Assembly: GCA_964387375.1 (NCBI GenBank)
Contig: CAYLWB010000001.1
Coordinates: 38,514 to 102,513 of the forward strand
DNA: 64,000 bases
Direction: 5' to 3'
DNA from: an uncultured Candidatus Peribacteria bacterium
Lineage (GTDB): Bacteria > Patescibacteriota > Gracilibacteria > UBA1369 > 2-02-FULL-48-14
Numbering within the stretch: position 1 is the stretch's first letter; every line of letters begins with the position of its first letter. Shown here in pieces: positions 53,026-60,916 of this stretch. The translations under genes and the position numbers were made by a program. The notes under the pieces are model-generated. The model was not told the DNA's origin and ran no database searches. It saw only the letters and a list, made by a program, of their open reading frames with translations.

Positions 53026-55660
53026 CAGGTTTAGGTGCCTCGGCAGGAGCCTCGACCTGAGTAGTATAATCCATTGGAACGTTTTTGTTTAAGTCTTCTA
53101 CAGAAATTCCAATGCGTGCTGCAATTTCTTGCTCCACGAAAAGACGTTTTCTTCCGTATTTCATGCTAGAATATTTCTTAACAATATCTCGAATTTTAAG
53201 ATTAGCTCCATCGGGGTCCCATACGGTGTCCATAGAAAATGGCCGTGAGGTCGCATTCTTTATATTGAGTTTAAGGTAAGCTTTGTAGTTGGGGATACCA
53301 ATGATGTCCTGCTCTGTAAGTACAGGTGCATATTCTTTAGCCAAGTATTCTGCATCTTCGGCACCCACTTTAAAAGATTGCAAAGTCCCCACGTTACCAA
53401 ATACTGCATCACGGATTTGAGTACTCGTGGAGCCAAATTTAGTAACTACAAGCTGATTGATGTATTGATGAGCCATGATCAATGCCAGGCGGTACTTACG
53501 AGCTTCCGAAAGAATTGAAGAGAACGTATCTGTTGCAAAGTTTTGAAACTCATCCACGTAAAGAAAGAAATCTTTGCGTTCTTCCTCGGGAGTATCCACG
53601 CGACTCATGGCTGCCATTTGAATTTGCGCCACAAGAATAAGTCCCAAGAGTTGGGTATTTAAAGTTCCCAATTTACCTTTTGAAAGATTCACCAACAAAA
53701 TTTTCTGCTGATCCATAACTTCACGCACGTTGAAAGCAGATTTGGCTTGGCCAATTGTATTTCTCATCACAGAATTCGTAATGAATGGTCCAAATTTTGC
53801 AGAGAAATAAGGGATCATTTCTTGACGTTCACGCTCACCAGTATTGGCATATTCATGCTCCCAAAAGGATTTAACCACAGGGTTTTTTACTTTAGAAACT
53901 TTGTATTTCATGAATTCTTCATCCACAAAGATACGTGGCACATCAATGAGTGTCGCCCCCTCGTCGGGGTCTTCCATCAGAGTCAAACATGCATTGCGGA
54001 AATAGTGTTGAATGCGAGGGCCAAAAATTTCATCTCCAAAGATTTTGATGAAAATTTCTGTTGCTTGGCTGGAGGCCATGTCCTGCTGTTCTGGAGTTTT
54101 CGCCTCAAGCATGTTCAAACCCATTGGACGTTCTACATCTGCAGGGTCAAAGATGATCACATCCTTCACACGCTCCTTGGGGATATACTTGAGAATATCT
54201 TCAATCAAGTCCCCATGTGGATCCACCACACAAACTCCATCACCATTCGCAATGTCCTGGCGCGCCATATAACTGATATAGGCAGATTTACCAGTACCTG
54301 TTTGTCCAATCACATAGTGGTGACGGCGACGATCATTTCGGCCAAACCGCACCTCTTTTTTATCTCCACGGTACACATTGTATCCAAGTAGAATTCCATC
54401 AGAAACAACGTCCTTAGGCACAGGGAGCACCTTATAATCCAACCATTTAATGATTGGCGTGTAGTTGTATCGAGTGTTTGGAAAATGAAAGAGCGTTGCC
54501 AGCTCTTGCGGAGTCAGAATTGAATTTTTCTCACCATAACGGAATAGACGGTTTTTGAAATTGGCAAAAAGCAAAGGGGTATTGATGCCATCGATCAAAA
54601 TAAAACGTCTGGATTGAAACCAGTTCGAAGCAGCATCCTTTGTTGAATTGAAACTCACAAATAGGCCATTCAAAATTTCATCACAACGGTTTTCTCCCCG
54701 TGGAGAAGCTGCCAAAACTCGAATGGTTGTATCAAAACCCACCTGGTGAGATTTTTCACCAATACGCTTTGCCAGTTCTTCTTCTGTTTGAAGCATGCGG
54801 ACATACGAATCACCGTTCTGAGCTCCAGGAGGTAAATTCTTTTCAGCAGCATCCACTCCCCAAATAGTCGCTGTAAAAATCCAACTAAACATTCCCAAGA
54901 TTTTACCAGCAAACCCTCTGCCGCCATTTTTTTTACCTTTAAAAAGTTGTGTCGCAAAATCAGTCGCCTCTTTCTGCCAACGATTGCCTTTGGGTCGGAT
55001 CATGATCTGAATGGCAGCATGCTCATCTTCATCTAAAGTAGAAAGTACATTTGTAAAATCATTCAGAGGGTCATTTTCAATAGTTTTGTAGGTCAGCAAA
55101 GGATACCAATTCAAGCGCTTTAAAAAGAGATAGTAAATCTTCAGAAAAGCTTTAGGTTTGCCCTTCTCTCCCTGAAAGTCATAGGGCTTCTCAAAAGAAA
55201 TATCAGCAGTCGAATAATAGGAAGTGATTTGTTTCTCCAAAAGATCCGCATAGTACGGATGGACGCTCACATAGAAAGTCAGTTCCTTGTTTTTTGCGTG
55301 AATTTCAAAAGAAATCACATCGCGTTTAAAGAACCATAAGGTCAACTGATTGCTGAGATTGAGTTCTCGCATCTCATGGATACCTCGAAAGAGCTGCTCC
55401 ATAACAGCAATTTTTTCGCGGAAGTCTTTTTCGGTCGCATTCTCTTTATCCTTATGAGATTCCTCTCGAGGCATGATCACTCGCATAAAAACACGTTTCC
55501 GTGCAGCGTGCACTTCATAGATCAAACCCACAGTGAACCAGAATAAACGGCGAAGCAGAACAAAGGCCACTATGCCAATCAACACGTACAGCCAATAATT
55601 CTGAATCCAAGGCCAAACCTGGGACCAAAGAGCTTTCAATTGTTCAAATACAGAAGCCAT
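53003..55660 (-). CDS. VirD4/TraG/TraD-like coupling-protein-type ATPase (membrane-anchored P-loop NTPase)
   Basis: N-terminal TM helices (YWLYVLIGIVAFVLL...FWFTVGLIY), Walker A VIGQTGTGKSAY, Walker B FFLYVDEFQNF, then LALIMAHQYINQL. 885 aa. Confidence 0.7.
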   Translation of the reverse strand: MASVFEQLKALWSQVWPWIQNYWLYVLIGIVAFVLLRRLFWFTVGLIYEVHAARKRVFMRVIMPREESHKDKENATEKDFREKIAVMEQLFRGIHEMRELNLSNQLTLWFFKRDVISFEIHAKNKELTFYVSVHPYYADLLEKQITSYYSTADISFEKPYDFQGEKGKPKAFLKIYYLFLKRLNWYPLLTYKTIENDPLNDFTNVLSTLDEDEHAAIQIMIRPKGNRWQKEATDFATQLFKGKKNGGRGFAGKILGMFSWIFTATIWGVDAAEKNLPPGAQNGDSYVRMLQTEEELAKRIGEKSHQVGFDTTIRVLAASPRGENRCDEILNGLFVSFNSTKDAASNWFQSRRFILIDGINTPLLFANFKNRLFRYGEKNSILTPQELATLFHFPNTRYNYTPIIKWLDYKVLPVPKDVVSDGILLGYNVYRGDKKEVRFGRNDRRRHHYVIGQTGTGKSAYISYMARQDIANGDGVCVVDPHGDLIEDILKYIPKERVKDVIIFDPADVERPMGLNMLEAKTPEQQDMASSQATEIFIKIFGDEIFGPRIQHYFRNACLTLMEDPDEGATLIDVPRIFVDEEFMKYKVSKVKNPVVKSFWEHEYANTGERERQEMIPYFSAKFGPFITNSVMRNTIGQAKSAFNVREVMDQQKILLVNLSKGKLGTLNTQLLGLILVAQIQMAAMSRVDTPEEERKDFFLYVDEFQNFATDTFSSILSEARKYRLALIMAHQYINQLVVTKFGSTSTQIRDAVFGNVGTLQSFKVGAEDAEYLAKEYAPVLTEQDIIGIPNYKAYLKLNIKNATSRPFSMDTVWDPDGANLKIRDIVKKYSSMKYGRKRLFVEQEIAARIGISVEDLNKNVPMDYTTQVEAPAEAPKPDEPVQSI

Positions 55661-55744
55661 ATGCGTGGATTTATCTGTTTATTATAACAGATTGGCGACA
55701 TTCTTTCAACAGGATAGCCGAGGCTTTCGCTTGCGTCCACAAAC

Positions 55745-55773
55745 TTGTCTGATTAGTATTTTTAGGGTAGAAT
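55745..55773 (+). promoter_or_regulatory. sigma70-like promoter
   Basis: TTGTCT (55745-55750), 17-nt spacer, TAGAAT (55768-55773). It lies 19 nt upstream of ATG 55793. Confidence 0.45.
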
Positions 55774-55792
55774 AAACAAATAGCCTCACACC

Positions 55793-56641
55793 ATGAATGA
55801 TTTTGCACCAGAAGCACCTTCTTCGGCCCCTCAAGAAAGGGCAGAAAGCACTCCCCCATTGGATGTAGCTGCTCGCAAAGAAGCTCTGGAGAAAGCTGAA
55901 AAAGAAGCAGAAGAAATGGCAGCTCGGGAGCAAATAACTGCTGAAACAACTGCACAGTTGGCTGAGCTGAGTGTGCCTCAAAAAGCTGAGAACACCCCCA
56001 GCCCAGAATCAAACGAACCAAAGAACTGGTACACTTCTTTTTTCAAATCAGTTAAAAATCTTTTTACACACCCCGTAGATACGGCAAAAACTTGGTGGGA
56101 AAGTCTTAAAGGTTGGTTTGGTTTTAAGGGAAAAGAAGCCCCAACAATCAGTCCAACAAGCATGCCAGAAACACCGGTCACAAGCCCGGAACCGCCAGTT
56201 AGAAACAAACAGGCAGAAACACCAGCAAAAATAGAAGAAAAAGTGGCTATGGCAACAAAACCAGAAGAAGAAGGGCCCTATAAAAGTTTTGCAACAGGTA
56301 GGTTTGAATTCGCGAACGGAGCAACCTACTCTCTAATTCTAAAGGATGGCACAAAGATTAGCGTTCCTCCTCAAGGAAAAATTCTCAAAATAGATGAGAA
56401 AGGCTTTAGAATCACCACTCCAATAATGATGGCCGGAAATGTGCAGCTCACTATCAAAGATTTGTCTGTGAAAGCAGATCAGAGTACTTCACTCACCATG
56501 GCTGCAATGGGGCAAGAAGAAAACGCCGACCTCAGTCCAGAAAAAACACTAGATCTCATGAACTATTTGAAGGAGCATAAAAACGATGCTCGCTTTGAAT
56601 ACACAATCGCTGGTCGTGTTTTGACTTTCACCCAAATTTAG
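55793..56641 (+). CDS. hypothetical protein (Ala/Glu/Pro-rich N-terminal half, globular C-terminal domain of about 110 aa)
   Basis: ORF preceded by a good promoter and divergent from the VirD4-like gene. No recognisable motif. The overlapping ORFs 55671..56021 and 55706..55981 on the - strand are judged spurious. Confidence 0.5.
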   Translation: MNDFAPEAPSSAPQERAESTPPLDVAARKEALEKAEKEAEEMAAREQITAETTAQLAELSVPQKAENTPSPESNEPKNWYTSFFKSVKNLFTHPVDTAKTWWESLKGWFGFKGKEAPTISPTSMPETPVTSPEPPVRNKQAETPAKIEEKVAMATKPEEEGPYKSFATGRFEFANGATYSLILKDGTKISVPPQGKILKIDEKGFRITTPIMMAGNVQLTIKDLSVKADQSTSLTMAAMGQEENADLSPEKTLDLMNYLKEHKNDARFEYTIAGRVLTFTQI

Positions 56642-57996
56642 AACTTCGCCCTCAAGTACTCTTCCAGTTCCTCCATTTTTACGCGCTCCTGCTTCATAGA
56701 GTCGCGCTCACGAACAGTTACCGCACCATCTTCTAAAGAGTCGAAATCAAAGGTTACACAGAAAGGTGTACCAATTTCATCTTGGCGACGGTAACGCTTC
56801 CCAATGGCTCCACTTTCATCGAATTCAGCACGGAAATGTTTTTTAAGCTTTCTATAAAGCTCTTGAGCAGACTCGTTGAGTTGCTTTTGAAGAGGAAAAA
56901 CGGCAACCTGAACGGGAGCAATATGAGGGGCAAAATGTAAAACGGTACGTGTCTCTCCTTCTGGGAGAGTTTCTTCTTCGTAAGCGCTGAGCAATACGAT
57001 CAAAACAGTTCGCGTTAATCCAAGGGCTGGCTCCACCACATGAGGTACAAAAACTTCATTCGTAACAGGGTCACGGTATTGGAGTTTCTCTCCTGAAAAT
57101 TTCGTGTGTTGATCCAAGTCAAAAGAACCCCGATAAGCAATCCCCATCAGTTCTCCCCAACCAAAAGGGAATTCGTATTCAAAGTCCATGGTCTTACTAG
57201 AATAATGAGAAAGTTCAGTCGCTTCATGATAGCGAGTACGAATCTTCTCAGCAGGAATCTGTAGAGCAGCAAAAAACTGACGGTAATCTTCCACCCACTG
57301 ATCAAATACAGTATCTACCTGATCAGGACGCACAAAATATTCAATCTCCATCTGTTCAAACTCACGAGTACGGAAAATAAAATTTCCTGGCGTGATCTCG
57401 TTACGGAAAGACTTCCCATATTGCCCAACTCCAAAGGGAAGACGGCTACGGGTCGAATCCATAAGATTTTTAAAGTTCACAAAGATTCCCTGTGCCGTTT
57501 CTGGACGCAGATAAATTTGAGCAGCCTGATCTTCAATCACTCCTTGGTATGTCTTAAACATAAGGTTAAAAGAGCGTGGTTCAGTCCAATCGAGCTTGCC
57601 ACAATTTGGACAGACGATTTTTTCCTCCATGACCTTTTCAAAAATCTCCTGATTGCTGAGTCCAGCAATGGTAGTTTTGAGATGTTCTTCTAAGAGTTTA
57701 TCTCCCCTCACCCGTTCCTTACATTTTTTACAGTCCATCAGTGGGTCAGCAAACCCAGCAACGTGCCCAGAAGCCTCCCAAACACGAGGATTCATCAAAA
57801 TGGCACTATCGAGCCCAAGCATGTCATCGCGATCTTCAACAAAAGTCTTCCACCAAAAATCTAGAATGTTCTTTTTAAGCTGAGAACCGTAAGGGCCATA
57901 ATCCCATGTATTGGCTAAGCCTCCATAAATATCGCTACCTGGGTAAACGAACCCACGACGTTTACAGAGTGACATCACGTCTTCCATCAAAGCCAT
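56638..57996 (-). CDS. glyQS: glycine--tRNA ligase (homodimeric class II type)
   Basis: LCKRRGFVYPGSDIYGGLANTWDYGPYG, YLRPETAQGIFVNF, FRNEITP, EIEYF, and a C-terminal anticodon-binding domain. Confidence 0.95.
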   Translation of the reverse strand: MALMEDVMSLCKRRGFVYPGSDIYGGLANTWDYGPYGSQLKKNILDFWWKTFVEDRDDMLGLDSAILMNPRVWEASGHVAGFADPLMDCKKCKERVRGDKLLEEHLKTTIAGLSNQEIFEKVMEEKIVCPNCGKLDWTEPRSFNLMFKTYQGVIEDQAAQIYLRPETAQGIFVNFKNLMDSTRSRLPFGVGQYGKSFRNEITPGNFIFRTREFEQMEIEYFVRPDQVDTVFDQWVEDYRQFFAALQIPAEKIRTRYHEATELSHYSSKTMDFEYEFPFGWGELMGIAYRGSFDLDQHTKFSGEKLQYRDPVTNEVFVPHVVEPALGLTRTVLIVLLSAYEEETLPEGETRTVLHFAPHIAPVQVAVFPLQKQLNESAQELYRKLKKHFRAEFDESGAIGKRYRRQDEIGTPFCVTFDFDSLEDGAVTVRERDSMKQERVKMEELEEYLRAKF

Positions 57997-58023
57997 ATAA
58001 AGCAGGATAAAGTCCTGCCAAAC

Positions 58024-58476
58024 TTAACCGAGTTTGATCTTGGAATCAAGAATAATCGTGACAGGACCGTCGTTGACGCTGTTCACAAGCATGTGGGCTC
58101 CAAACATTCCGCTCTGGACAGGAATATTCTTTTCAGAAAGATAGCGTATGAACTCTTCTACCATCAGATGTGCTTCCTGAGGGTCTTCCGCCGAAGTGAA
58201 GCTGGGGCGGTTGCCACTTTCAAGATTGGCCGCCAAGGTAAACTGAGAAACCACCAAAATGGCTCCGGCAATTTCAGTCACTGGGAACTGCATGCGTTCC
58301 TGTTGGTCTGGGAAAATACGCATCTTTACAATTTTCTCCGCCACCCAGACGAGATCATCATTGGTGTCCCCTTTTTGAACACACAAATAAACAAGAAGAC
58401 CGGGGCCAATTTGGCCCACGGTCTCTTGATTCACTATGACATCCGCTTTGAGTACGCGTTGGATTACAGCGCGCAT
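58024..58476 (-). CDS. dtd: D-aminoacyl-tRNA deacylase
   Basis: MRAVIQRV, LLVYLCV, VVSQFTLAAN...GNRPSF. Confidence 0.95.
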   Translation of the reverse strand: MRAVIQRVLKADVIVNQETVGQIGPGLLVYLCVQKGDTNDDLVWVAEKIVKMRIFPDQQERMQFPVTEIAGAILVVSQFTLAANLESGNRPSFTSAEDPQEAHLMVEEFIRYLSEKNIPVQSGMFGAHMLVNSVNDGPVTIILDSKIKLG

Positions 58477-58485
58477 AGGGTTTGA

Positions 58486-58911
58486 TTAGAGTGTCGCACC
58501 AGGCATAGGCGGCATAGGTGGAACCCCAGGAGCTGGCATAGGAGCTGGAGCTGGCATTGGGGCGGGAGCAGGAGCTGCTGGTGCAGGAACCCCCATAGCA
58601 TCTTGAGAAGCCTGCTTTTTCTTGAAGTCGTCCATTGCGCCCGCAAGCACATTGAGGAAAGACTCTGCCGTTCTGTGGTTCATGTTAACACGATCCACCA
58701 CTTCAATCACAGGGTTTTGTGTGTTGGGTAAAAGATAGCCGAAGTCGATAACAACTTCATTGGAGTTCACGTTAACAGATACAGCATTGGCATAGGTGCC
58801 ACGCTTTACTGACTCAGGAACGTCCACTTGGAGAGGAGCTTGGGCCCCACCCATATCGCCAGGTTGTGCACCGGCAGGCATTTGCCCCGTAGGAGCCATA
58901 GGATCAGCCAT
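58486..58911 (-). CDS. DUF3467-like protein with Pro/Ala/Met-rich termini
   Basis: Core YANAVSVNVNSNEVVIDFGYLLPN...VDRVNMNHRTAESFLNVLAGAM fits DUF3467. Start at the Met at 58911 (MADPMAPTGQ...); the track ORF extends to 59094 through implausible sequence. C-terminal tail PAPAAPAPAPMPAPAPMPAPGVPPMPPMPG. Confidence 0.6.
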   Translation of the reverse strand: MADPMAPTGQMPAGAQPGDMGGAQAPLQVDVPESVKRGTYANAVSVNVNSNEVVIDFGYLLPNTQNPVIEVVDRVNMNHRTAESFLNVLAGAMDDFKKKQASQDAMGVPAPAAPAPAPMPAPAPMPAPGVPPMPPMPGATL

Positions 58912-59014
58912 AGGATGAATGGTTAGTGAATGATCACAACAGTATAGCACAAAAACTTTTTCATGACAAAGCTTTAAAATTGAGTAAAATGAATCTGTTC
59001 TAACCCCACGCACC

Positions 59015-59281
59015 ATGCACGCCGACTCTTCTTGCTCTTGCCACAACCACAAACGCCTCTGGCTTGGATTGGTTTTATTTGTAAGTGGCGCCATTTTTTA
59101 CCTACAAATGTTCGAGGTGATTCCACAAGAAACCTGGTCTTATGTTTGGCCCGGCCTCCTTCTTTTGACTGGCTTAAAGATGATGGCGACAGGTTCCTGC
59201 AGCTGCACGAGCATGTCAAAACCCATGCCAGACACAACCACACCAACTGCTGTAAAAACCAGTGGGAAGAAAAAACGTTAA
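59015..59281 (+). CDS. small two-TM membrane protein (LiaF/DUF5668-like TM region) with SCSC motifs at both ends
   Basis: 88 aa: SCSCH, TM (LWLGLVLFVSGAIFYL), WPGLLLLTGLKMM, GSCSCT, basic tail. An ATGACA-16-TAAAAT promoter-like element lies upstream (about 58962-58989). Two overlapping alternative ORFs exist, so coding status is moderate. Confidence 0.45.
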   Translation: MHADSSCSCHNHKRLWLGLVLFVSGAIFYLQMFEVIPQETWSYVWPGLLLLTGLKMMATGSCSCTSMSKPMPDTTTPTAVKTSGKKKR

Positions 59282-59901
59282 GAGTAAGCATTCATCAACA
59301 ACTCCGTCAAAACTTCAACATAGGGGCTGGATTTAAGATGAAGAGCATGCAGTTCTTGACTCTCTAGAACCAAGAGTAGTGCATTTTTTTGAAGGAGTAG
59401 ATGTGAAAAAAGAGAGGCCTTAGGAAGCGTTTTGATGCGTGCAAAAGGGAATCGTTCCCTCAATTGAGGTAATTTTTCTGTCTTCGCTAAAATCTGAACT
59501 GGGGTTGACCCCTGGAATTCTTGAGTGATTTTAGAAACAGAATCCTGCCCTTTAAAAAGCGCAAAATGGCTTCTCTCGGAAAAATTTGGCTTCCAAACAC
59601 TCAGATGGCTAACAAAAGCCTTTGCGTCTTTTATTTGAGAACGAAGTCGAATTTCTTGCTCTTCTAATTCATAGAGTAAACGTTCAGGATCATGAGGCAA
59701 ATACCTTCTACACCCTTGCTCATTCAAAAAACTCACCAGAGCTTTTTCCTCTAAAGACTGAAGGGTTGAGTAAATGGTGGCACGCTTCATTTGAAGACGC
59801 TTAGCCAGGACGCTTGCGGGAGAAGCTCCTACCTTCAATAAAAGAAGATAGACTTTTGCCTCTTTTTCATTGAGGCCGAGTTGCAATAAAGCTTGAATCA
59901 T
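59278..59901 (-). CDS. TrmB-family winged-helix transcriptional regulator
   Basis: LGLNEKEAKVYLLLLKVGASPASVLAKRLQMKRATIYSTLQSLEEKALV. Start at the Met at 59901 (MIQALLQLGL); the track ORF extends to 59970. Confidence 0.75.
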   Translation of the reverse strand: MIQALLQLGLNEKEAKVYLLLLKVGASPASVLAKRLQMKRATIYSTLQSLEEKALVSFLNEQGCRRYLPHDPERLLYELEEQEIRLRSQIKDAKAFVSHLSVWKPNFSERSHFALFKGQDSVSKITQEFQGSTPVQILAKTEKLPQLRERFPFARIKTLPKASLFSHLLLQKNALLLVLESQELHALHLKSSPYVEVLTELLMNAYS

Positions 59902-60095
59902 AATGCGAAATTCAATTACTAAATCTAGCAGAGGCCAAAAATACGTAAAGCATTTGCTGTCGGGCAGCACGCAACAGTTTATATGGAAAAAACCTGCTGC
60001 AAGCGCATAGACAACAGGAATTAAACCTGTTCATTCGAAAATCAAATGGTGTTGAGGCCCTCCAACACCTAAGTTCAACATGGTCATTTTTCACC

Positions 60096-60758
60096 ATGCA
60101 AGTCCTTATCGTAACTCACCACCTTTTACGAGGTTCCATGTTGGGTCATGCCCTACGGAGAGAAAACATCTCCAGCTTGGTTTTTTCACCCAATCAACTT
60201 AAAGAAGAGGGTTATTTGAGCTTTGATGCACTTCTTCTGGTACAAGCCGGGGAAAATTCGCTGAAGAATTTAGCAGGTTTTTTAAATGGGTTTTCCGTAA
60301 AGATTCCAATTTTCTTAATTGGAACCAGTCATTATCTTTTCAAAAAAGAAGATCTGCTTCTAGCAAAACGCTGCATTCTAGTTTCAGAAGAAATATCGCT
60401 TGAGGAGCTGAGCAGCTTTCTTCGAGATTCTATCCAAAGAAAAGAACCTACAAGTGGAAAGGTACATTGTGGAACTCTCACTCTAGACAAGGAAAAACGC
60501 AAACTTTCTTCAGAAGAAAGTACCGTACAACTCACAAAGAAAGAATTCTTTCTTTTAGAACTCTTTCTCAGCAATGCAGGTCAAATCATCAGTCGAGAAC
60601 GCATCGTTGAACATGTGTGGGACAAACGACAATTTGTAGGCTCCAACACGATCGATGTGTATGTCAGCAGATTAAGAAAAAAGCTAAAACTCAGCAGAAA
60701 CAACCCAATGATCCGAACGGTGCCCTGTCTAGGTTACGAATTTCAACTCCACAACTGA
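60096..60758 (+). CDS. OmpR/PhoB-type winged-helix regulator with a degenerate (Asp-less) receiver domain
   Basis: C-terminal trans_reg_C domain: LTKKEFFLLELFLSNAGQIISRERIVEHVWD...NTIDVYVSRLRKKLK...IRTVPCLGYEF. The N-terminal receiver-like fold has VLIVTHH in place of the acidic pair and FDALLLVQAG in place of the D-x-x-x-D phosphoacceptor. Confidence 0.75.
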   Translation: MQVLIVTHHLLRGSMLGHALRRENISSLVFSPNQLKEEGYLSFDALLLVQAGENSLKNLAGFLNGFSVKIPIFLIGTSHYLFKKEDLLLAKRCILVSEEISLEELSSFLRDSIQRKEPTSGKVHCGTLTLDKEKRKLSSEESTVQLTKKEFFLLELFLSNAGQIISRERIVEHVWDKRQFVGSNTIDVYVSRLRKKLKLSRNNPMIRTVPCLGYEFQLHN

Positions 60759-60916
60759 ACAGGTTGAAACCTGGCGACAAAGCTTGTTTGTCAATAATTA
60801 TGACAACACAAAAATGATTTGTGTCTCTTTACAAAATGGCAATTTTCTTGTTATATCATAGCGTTACAGGAAAAGCAGAGGGAAATTGCCCTCAAAGTAC
60901 TAACCCCACTGTCAGA

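Noticed and set aside
53747-54391. A 214-aa + strand ORF inside the VirD4-like gene, and similar antisense ORFs at 25089-25634 (in uvrC), 27903-28391 (in yggS), 45900-46349 (in cysS), 49478-49999 (in the lipoprotein gene) and 11312-11785 (in the giant ORF)
   Set aside because: Each is fully embedded antisense in a gene with clear motifs or a coherent domain structure. None has a signal, motif or plausible start context of its own.
58500-58600. Nucleotide-level repetition (GGAGCTGG/GGCATAGG units)
   Set aside because: It is the coding sequence of the Pro/Ala/Met-rich C-terminal tail of the DUF3467-like protein on the - strand. It is not a minisatellite or a CRISPR-like array.
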